Part shown: piece by piece, positions 56,695 through 64,000 of the stretch
Layout of the letters: each line of letters starts with the position of its first letter
Numbering within the stretch: position 1 is the first letter of the stretch
From: Candidatus Hydrogenedentota bacterium
Lineage (GTDB): Bacteria; Hydrogenedentota; Hydrogenedentia; Hydrogenedentales; SLHB01
Direction of reading: 5' to 3'
Length of the DNA stretch: 64,000 nucleotides
Assembly (NCBI GenBank): GCA_045863295.1
Contig: BTWA01000031.1
Span: forward strand, 1 to 64,000
Notes under the pieces: generated by a model
Databases searched by the model: none
What the model saw: only the letters and a program-made list of their open reading frames with translations
What the model was told of the DNA's origin: nothing
Program-made: the position numbers and the translations under genes

Positions 56695-57912
56695 ATGACA
56701 CAAAATGTATCGACTACGGCGGAAACAACCCAGTCATCGGGTATGCCTGTCCGGTTAACCTCGCTTGACGGTTACCGCGGTTTTGTCATGCTGTTGATGA
56801 TGGCCGAAGTGCTGCGCCTGGGTGCCGTGGCCGCGGCGAATCCTGAAAGCGGATTCTGGAAGTTCCTGGCCCACCATCAGAGCCACGTTGAGTGGGTGGG
56901 CTGTTCGCTCCACGATCTGATTCAACCTTCCTTCTCTTTTATTGTCGGCGTCGCATTACCGTTTTCCATCGCGGCTCGCACTGCAAAAGGACAATCCAAA
57001 CTCCGCATGTCGCTTCACGCATTCTGGCGCTCCTTGCTACTCATTCTTCTTGGCGTCTTTTTGCGTTCCACCCACGCGGGCCAGACAAACTGGACTTTTG
57101 AAGATACGTTGTCTCAGATAGGCCTTGGCTACGGGTTTCTTTTTCTGCTCGGGTTTCGAGCGGCTATCTGGCAATGGTCTGCATTCGCCTTTATCCTCCT
57201 TGGCTATTGGATCGCCTTCGCGCTCTACCCGCTGCCGGGTCCCGAATTTGACTGGGCCGCCATCGGCCTCGCGCCCGATTGGCCCGGCAATGCGGCGGGG
57301 CTCGCCGCGCACTGGAATAAGAACACTAATTTTGCCTGGGCATTCGACACCTGGTTTATGAACCTGTTCCCGCGCGAGAACCCGTTCGTGCGAAACGGCG
57401 GCGGATACTCGACGCTCAGTTTCATTCCCACACTCGCCACGATGATTCTCGGACTGATTGCCGGTGAAGTGTTGAAAAGCGATCGAAGCCCGGTGAAGAA
57501 GATGCAGTGGATGCTTGCGGCGGGGCTCGCCTGTCTTCTGGCCGGTTGGCTGCTGGGCGCGCTCGGTATCTGTCCGGTCGTCAAACGCATCTGGACCCCA
57601 AGCTGGGTCCTGTTCAGCGGCGGGTGGTGCTTGCTGCTGCTGGCCGCGTTCTACGGCATCGTGGATTGGGCCGCATACAAGGCGTGGTCATTCCCATTGA
57701 TTGTGATAGGCATGAATTCCATCGCCGCTTACTGCATTGCCCACTTGTTTGACGGTTTTATCGCTTCCAATCTGAAAACCCATCTGGGACAGGATTTCTT
57801 CAAGCTGTTCGGCGACAATTACGAAGTGTTCTTCCACGGCGCGGCCATATTGCTGGCCTATTGGCTGATACTTTACTGGATGTATCGCAGAAGGTTGTTC
57901 TTGCGGATTTGA
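56695..57912 (+). CDS. DUF5009 / heparan-alpha-glucosaminide N-acetyltransferase-like membrane protein
   Basis: RLTSLDGYRG, HVEWVGCSLHDLIQPSF, PVVKRIWTPSWVL, GMNSIAAY. Confidence 0.85.
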   Translation: MTQNVSTTAETTQSSGMPVRLTSLDGYRGFVMLLMMAEVLRLGAVAAANPESGFWKFLAHHQSHVEWVGCSLHDLIQPSFSFIVGVALPFSIAARTAKGQSKLRMSLHAFWRSLLLILLGVFLRSTHAGQTNWTFEDTLSQIGLGYGFLFLLGFRAAIWQWSAFAFILLGYWIAFALYPLPGPEFDWAAIGLAPDWPGNAAGLAAHWNKNTNFAWAFDTWFMNLFPRENPFVRNGGGYSTLSFIPTLATMILGLIAGEVLKSDRSPVKKMQWMLAAGLACLLAGWLLGALGICPVVKRIWTPSWVLFSGGWCLLLLAAFYGIVDWAAYKAWSFPLIVIGMNSIAAYCIAHLFDGFIASNLKTHLGQDFFKLFGDNYEVFFHGAAILLAYWLILYWMYRRRLFLRI

Positions 57913-57943
57913 GCGATGAATCCGTTGCGTGCATCCTGCTGAA

Positions 57944-58621
57944 TCACCGATCGGCCTTGTGGGCAAGCATGATCAGACCCGGCGTGCCGGGGATGCGATG
58001 CGCGTCTGAATTGTCGACGTCCAAACCCGCGAACAAGGCCATGGCATCCACCAGATCCAGCGATTGGCCTGCCACAAACGTGCGAAATACAGGCAAAAAG
58101 ACTGGCTTCAAAATGCCGGGAATTCGCCAATGCTTGACAAAACTCCGGGCATCCTCCAGCCTGCATCCGCGATCGGCTTCCACAATGGCCAGACGCCCGC
58201 CCGGTTTCAACACGCGTATACACTCGGATACGCCTTTTGCCTGATCGGGCCAATGCTTGATGGACGCGATCGAAACCACCGCGTCGAAGCGTTCATCCTC
58301 AAAAGGAATTTCCAGCGCGGAGCCCTGCACGAACTGAACCCGGTCGCCGTAGGGTGCCGCGCGCCTGGTCGCCCTCGCCACCTGGTCCGGCGACAAATCA
58401 AGCCCCGTTATCTTTACACCGTTCAGTGCGTCCGCAAAATGAATGGCCATGTGACCGCCGCCGCAACCCACATCCAGCAATTCCGCGTCCGACGGGATAT
58501 GTCGAACCAAATGCTCGTCAATGGCGCTCCCCAATTCCATAATGGCGGGAGCAATGACGCGGTCGTAGATCCAACCTTCAACCTTGCTGTATGGAGACGT
58601 TACACGATTCAAAACGGGCAT
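57944..58621 (-). CDS. Class I SAM-dependent methyltransferase
   Basis: LLDVGCGGG, TGLDLS, GSALEIPFEDERFD, RVLKPGG. Confidence 0.92.
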   Translation of the reverse strand: MPVLNRVTSPYSKVEGWIYDRVIAPAIMELGSAIDEHLVRHIPSDAELLDVGCGGGHMAIHFADALNGVKITGLDLSPDQVARATRRAAPYGDRVQFVQGSALEIPFEDERFDAVVSIASIKHWPDQAKGVSECIRVLKPGGRLAIVEADRGCRLEDARSFVKHWRIPGILKPVFLPVFRTFVAGQSLDLVDAMALFAGLDVDNSDAHRIPGTPGLIMLAHKADR

Positions 58622-58792
58622 GCTTGCACGAACCTTTCAATCAAGACACCAACTGCGGGATACCCGGCTACGAACGCCTGAAGTACTCAGTGTACGTGAA
58701 TTGGGATTCGAAAGAAATGAAAACCCCATGGTGGGTCTTGAACACGCGTTGCCGTCGCCGCGCGCCCCAGTGTTCGATGGAATTTGGCGAGA

Positions 58793-61572
58793 TTACCAGC
58801 GCGTATTCGAGCTTAACAAGTCGGTTGCCGATGCCGCATCGATTGGTTTCGAGAACAAATATCCTTGACCCTGATCGCAACGCATTCCCCGCAGCAATTC
58901 AAGATGTTCCGGCCGCTCCACCCCTTCGGCAATCGTCGACATCTCCAAGGCATTGGCCAGCAACACGATTGTCTTTACGATTTGAAGGCTTTCCGGCGTC
59001 ACCGTCATGTCGCGAACAAAGGCCTGGTCAATCTTGAGATTGTTCATGGGAAACCGGTGCAAATAGCTCAGGGACGAATAACCGGTTCCAAATCGTCAAT
59101 CGACAATTGGATATTCCGTTCCCGAAGACGCTTTAACGTCGTGGTCACAAAATCGATGCTGTCGATAAAGGCGCTCTCGGTAATCTCCAGTTTCAAATAC
59201 TGCGGTTCCAGACCCGCATACAACAAGGTCGATTCGATCGATGGAATCAGATCGCGCTTGGTAAACTCTTTCACTGAAAGATTTACGCTGATGCCAAGAT
59301 GCCGGGCGTGGGGTATCTGGATTTGCCATGTGCGAAGTTGACGGCAGGCGCCACGAAGCACGAATTCTCCCAGGGGCACGATCAGTCCCGTCTCTTCCGC
59401 GATTGGAATAAACTCGCCCGGGGAGACGATGCCGCGCTCGGGATGTATCCACCGGACAAGCGCTTCAAACGCGCTGATTTCGCCGGAGCGAAGATCCACG
59501 ATGGGCTGATAATAGACGCTCAGCTCGTCGCGCTCGAGCGCGCGGCGCAAATCGTTCTCCACCTGCAGTCTTGCCAGCGCCCGCGAATGCATGTCTGAAT
59601 CGAACAGGGCGAATTGGTCGCCGCTCTGTGCCTTCGCCCGGTACATGGCCGTGTCTGCATTGCGCACCAACTCTTCCGGCTGAGTGTAGCTCGTGTCCCC
59701 AACAGCAATCCCGATGCTTGCCGTCGTGAAAATCTCCTGACCCTTGATCGTAAATGGCTCTTTCAAAACTTGCCTGATCCGCTCCGCCACATTGGTCGCA
59801 TCCGAAACATCGTGGATGCTCTCCAGCAACACGGCAAATTCATCCCCGCCAAGCCGTGCGACCGTGCCACCGAATTGAGCGACGCTATCCGTAGATCGCA
59901 ACGACTTGGTCAACCGCTCGGCAAAGGACGAAAGCAGCGTATCGCCCACCACATGGCCCAGGCCGTCGTTAATGATCTTGAAGCGATCGAGATCCAGGAA
60001 CAGCACCGCGTAATCATGCTTCTTGGAGCGCTCTCCGCGCCGCATTGCCTGCTCGATGCGATCGAACAGCAGTGTGCGGTTGGGCAAAGACGTCAGCGAA
60101 TCGTGCAACGCCTGATGGCTTAACTGTTCTTCAAACAATTTCCGGACCGTGATGTCCGTCTGCGATCCCGCCATGCGCGAGGGCTTGCCGCTCTTGTCGA
60201 TCACGGCCGAGCCCCGGCACAGCACCCAGATGTAATTGCCCCCCTTGTGTCTCATCCGATGCTCGGATTCGAGGTGGCCCCGTTCCTCCGCCAAGTGGGC
60301 ATCGATAGCCGCGCGAAGATTCTCCAAATCGTCCGGATGCACCCTGCTGAACCACTCCTCGGGCGATGTGCCAATCTCTTTTTCTTCGTACCCCAGCATG
60401 CCTTTCCATCGAGCCGAGAAATGGATTTCTTTTCGCGCAAGATGCCAGTCCCAAAGGCCGTCATTTGCGCCCTTGACCGCAAGCGCGTAGCGTTCTTCGC
60501 TCAATCGCAACGCCTCTTCCGTCTCCTTGCGCCGCTTCAAATCCGATTCCAACCGACCAACCATGCTGTCGAAATGGCGCCCCAACGCACCTATCTCGTC
60601 CGAACGTACGAGATTGATCCGGCGGGAGAGATCGTGTCCCGTTTCAATTTCCGTCGCGTGATTCGTTAGCCGTGTGATAGGTTCCGTGACAACGCGCCGG
60701 AACAGGATGACCAGAACCGCAAATGCCGCCACGACAATGCCCACTTGAACCAGCAGCCCGTTCTGAACTGCTTGCTGCGCGATCGCCAGCGTCTCCCGCT
60801 GAATATCCGCTTGGAGCGCGAGGGCCGGCTGCGCGTCCAGACCCGCGATGGTCGTGAACACGCGAAACGTCTTCCGGTCCGTGGCCACGGATTGAACGCC
60901 CCCAACGCCCTTGGCCAGCGCGTCTTGAATCTCGCGCGGCATGTCTGGATCGCCGGGAACCCACATCTGAAACGCGACGCCCGTCTGCCGGAAAATCTGA
61001 AGCAATACCGTCTGATCCAGAATTCGCCCAATCACGACCGACCCCAAGGCCCGCCCATCCGACTCCAGTACGGGGTGAGCCGCGACCATCACCGGCCCCA
61101 TATCCGTGTTTAATATTCCCTTGATTGGAGTCCCGGATGGACCATGCTGCAACAACGGGGAGGTCTCAGACCATTGCCTGCTATCAAATGCGTCGATGAC
61201 GAGTTCGGTCTGCGTCTTGAGATCCAGAGCGCCGCCCCACGCTACGGTCCCGTCCGTGCGAACCAGGTAGAGAAGGCTTATTTTGTCCCCCACAAGCGCC
61301 TCATTCACCTGTTGACGGTTGGGGATTCCGCCGTGTCCAGTGAGCGAATGTGCGGCTTCCGGACGCGCGGCCAGATCCCGCGCCGTGCGCGCGATCCGGG
61401 TAATGGCCTCGACCAGAGCGTCCTCACAGCGCTGTAAATCGCGCGCCGCCACTTCCTCTTCCACGGGATCGAGTTGCGGCAACACAACGTACCGCTGGAG
61501 TCCGTACCCCAGTCCCATCACGAGGCCGAAGGCAATCAGGAGCGCCAATTCGACCTTTGTGCGCAATGACAT
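58793..61572 (-). pseudogene. CHASE4-like/HAMP/PAS/GGDEF/EAL c-di-GMP protein with a 1-bp frameshift in the EAL domain (true lesion or sequencing error)
   Basis: RSDEIGAL (HAMP), GANDGLWDW (PAS), RLGGDEF, FEALVRW. The frame breaks at IDD; adding one base near 59090 restores DDFGTGYSSLSYLHRFP and joins ORF 58793-59062. Confidence 0.85.
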
Positions 61573-61786
61573 TCTCAAATTCCTCAAAAGTGAGCGAGAA
61601 AGCGCACCACGATGCAATACACCACTTCCCCAACATACCCATAGACGCCAACCTATACTATCGTATCAAGACCACTTTCGGATAATCATCCGCACCAGAG
61701 CAAGGCCGGTTGACCCTGGCGGTCCGGGATTGGATAATCGAATTCGCGCCTTGCGGGGCGCCAAGGAACAATTGGGGGACTAAGGT

Positions 61787-63115
61787 ATGCGAGGGAACAT
61801 CAGCAGACGCGTCTTTCTATCCAGCGCGGCGGCAGCAGGCCTGGGGGCCGCTGCACCGGCCTTCGCGGGTACGCCCGGAGATAAGCTCAACATAGCCGTC
61901 ATAGGTGTCGGATCCATGGGCAGCGGAAACCTGCGCAACGTGGCCAGTGAAAACATCGTTGCCCTGTGCGACGTGGACCACGAGTACGCCGGCAAGACCT
62001 TCAGCCAGTTTCCAGACGCCCGCAAATACACGGATTACCGCGAAATGCTGGAACAACAGGCGGATATCGACGCTGTTGTGATTGCCACACCCGATCACAC
62101 CCACGCCGTTATCGCCATGGCGTGCATCCGGAAAGGAAAGCACGTTTATTGCCAGAAACCGTTGACGCACACCGTGTACGAATCGCGGATGCTGGCCCAG
62201 GCCGCGAAAGAGACCGGGGTCGTCACGCAGATGGGCATCCAGGGACATTCGACTTCGGACATTCGACTTATTCGCGAATGGATACAAGCCGGCGTGATTG
62301 GCGAAGTGCGGGAGGTTGATGCCTGGTGCAGCCTGACGTATTACCCGTGGGGCCATGCCAACTGGAGTTCCCCCGTCGGCGCGCGCCCGGCGGAGATGCC
62401 GCCCGTGCCGGCGGCGTTGGATTGGGATCTGTGGATCGGACCCGCGCCCGAACGGCCCTACCACCCTTGTTATCACCCGCGCACGTGGCGAAGCTGGTGG
62501 GATTTCGGCTGCGGCATGATGGGAGACCGGGGAGCACACACATTCGATCCCATCGTATGGGCACTCGACCTCGGCGCGCCCACTTCCATCGACGGTAACG
62601 CCACCGATCTCAATGAGGAAACGCACCCCATTGCCTGTCTTGTGCGCTATGAATTTCCCGCCCGCGGCAGCATGCCGCCCGTGACGCTGACGTGGTATGA
62701 CGGACTGCGCCCGCCGCGCCCCAAGGAACTCGCCGCCGACGATGTATTGGGCAATCCCCAGGAAGGCGGTGTGCTTTTTAAAGGTTCAGAAGGCATGTTG
62801 ACCTGCGGGGTCTACGGTGACAAACCACGACTGCTTCCCGCATCGCGCATGGCGTCCTTCGCACCTCCGGCACCCACAATCCCCCGAGTGGAAGGCACGC
62901 ACGAAGACGATTGGATTCGCGCGATCAAATCCGGTGGCAAAGCCTGCGCCGACTTCGCCTACGCCGGCCCGCTCACCGAAACCTGCCTGCTCGGCAACGT
63001 CGCCAAACGCATGAACACAAAGCTTGAATGGGACGCCCAAAACATGAAGTTTACCAACAAACCTGAAGCCGACCCGTTCGTACATAAAGTCTACAGGGAG
63101 GGGTGGACACTATGA
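61787..63115 (+). CDS. Gfo/Idh/MocA family oxidoreductase with a Tat signal
   Basis: SRRVFL; IAVIGVGSMG; IATPDHTH; HVYCQKPL; LDWDLWIGPAP; GDRGAHTFD. Confidence 0.93.
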   Translation: MRGNISRRVFLSSAAAAGLGAAAPAFAGTPGDKLNIAVIGVGSMGSGNLRNVASENIVALCDVDHEYAGKTFSQFPDARKYTDYREMLEQQADIDAVVIATPDHTHAVIAMACIRKGKHVYCQKPLTHTVYESRMLAQAAKETGVVTQMGIQGHSTSDIRLIREWIQAGVIGEVREVDAWCSLTYYPWGHANWSSPVGARPAEMPPVPAALDWDLWIGPAPERPYHPCYHPRTWRSWWDFGCGMMGDRGAHTFDPIVWALDLGAPTSIDGNATDLNEETHPIACLVRYEFPARGSMPPVTLTWYDGLRPPRPKELAADDVLGNPQEGGVLFKGSEGMLTCGVYGDKPRLLPASRMASFAPPAPTIPRVEGTHEDDWIRAIKSGGKACADFAYAGPLTETCLLGNVAKRMNTKLEWDAQNMKFTNKPEADPFVHKVYREGWTL

Positions 63116-63244
63116 TCAGGAACCGCGCCGCATAATAAACGTGATCGCGTCAAGCAATTCGTAACGAGGCAGACGGACCGTGGAATCCGTTTGCCTCCTT
63201 TCTCGAATCCGCCAGGCCACATACCCTGTTTTGGACGCAAATTT

Positions 63245-64000
63245 TCAACTGTCCACCAGGTTCGGATAAGCACCGCGCAGGCAGCCGGAATGAAATCGAA
63301 CGTCTCCGGACGCCAACGCGGACTCAAGCATCGTGTGGTCACCGTTGAATAGCTCACCCTGCTCGCCAAGCACGCATAATCCGACATGCTCGGAAGGAAG
63401 TAGGCGCACGAGGTCCACAGCGTCCTCTAAGATGTCATGCCACTGTTCCGAAAGGACCCTCGCATCCGGCGATGGACCTTCAAGATCCAATGTATCCAAC
63501 TCAAGCTTTGAATACCGCGCGGAACGACCCGCCTGTTCCAGAATTTTTACAGGACTGATGGCCGGATCTTTACTGGAGGCCGCCCAAGCCAGATAGCCCA
63601 GACGCTGAATTCGTTGATGGCAATAGATAACGTCAACCCAGTCCCTCGCCTCCAGCCGCCCAACCAATGCAAGTACCTTATTGGTCGCCAAATCAAACGG
63701 ATGTAAAACGAGCCCGAATTCAGCATGCTCCACCAACGGAAAGAAACGAATCGCACTGTCGGCCGTCCACTGCATAAGTACTTCGCCGGACTCCACACGC
63801 ACCACCGCCTCCACATAACCGGCACGTTCCCGGATAACGTCGGTCTCGTATCCGTGTTGCTCCAACAATGCACGGTCCGCCTGCCAACTTGCATCGACGG
63901 CTTCTACCCTGTCATGAAACAAACCGATGTCGCGCGATAAGCGGGCGGAGCGAGTGGCCTCGCCCAACGCGGTGCCGCCTGCCACGTAACTTTCTCCGCT
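63245..64000 (-). CDS. AbiEii/AbiGii-like nucleotidyltransferase-fold protein (5'-partial)
   Basis: Frame is open to the window edge (SGESYVAGGTAL...RLSRDIGLF); DLATNKVLAL and REARDWVD-type motif (RLEARDWVD). Confidence 0.6.
   Translation of the reverse strand, partial: SGESYVAGGTALGEATRSARLSRDIGLFHDRVEAVDASWQADRALLEQHGYETDVIRERAGYVEAVVRVESGEVLMQWTADSAIRFFPLVEHAEFGLVLHPFDLATNKVLALVGRLEARDWVDVIYCHQRIQRLGYLAWAASSKDPAISPVKILEQAGRSARYSKLELDTLDLEGPSPDARVLSEQWHDILEDAVDLVRLLPSEHVGLCVLGEQGELFNGDHTMLESALASGDVRFHSGCLRGAYPNLVDS

Noticed and set aside
59080..59100. Programmed frameshift or phase-variable tract
   Set aside because: The homopolymer is only 3 nt, with no slippery heptamer or clear stimulatory structure.
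63091..63387. Small antitoxin ORF downstream of the AbiEii-like gene
   Set aside because: It overlaps both neighbours and has no recognisable HTH or other motif.

Overview
Bacterial, moderately GC-rich, gene-dense window with no rRNA, tRNA, CRISPR array or transposase that I can support. The Tat-exported sulfatases, transmembrane ECF sigma factor and BACON-rich proteases resemble PVC or Hydrogenedentota-type organisms, but that is inference only. Left to right: (1) cstA and two tandem ~1350-1375 aa membrane-anchored kexin/furin-like S8 proteases; (2) a GH14/GH42-like glycosidase, a candidate ~200-nt structured RNA, a DUF62 SAM hydrolase, an endonuclease III-like gene, gltA, nhaA and an SDR; (3) a minus-strand type II secretion cluster (gspE-F-G-H-I-J-K-L-M-C-D) behind an ECF sigma/anti-sigma pair and glycosyltransferases; (4) a glycan-degradation region with a beta-helix lipoprotein, an Asp-box multidomain protein, an esterase-GH29 fusion, an NPCBM-barrel protein and two sulfatases; (5) two paralogous orphan membrane proteins, a membrane-spanning ECF sigma factor, an FAD oxidoreductase, DUF5009, a methyltransferase, a frameshifted GGDEF-EAL gene, a Gfo/Idh/MocA oxidoreductase and a partial AbiEii-like gene. 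The best candidate for an undescribed system is the T2SS variant: its secretin ends in an ExbD/TolR-like domain and its GspM ends in a carbohydrate-binding-like domain. All family assignments come from recognising motifs by eye; no searches were run.
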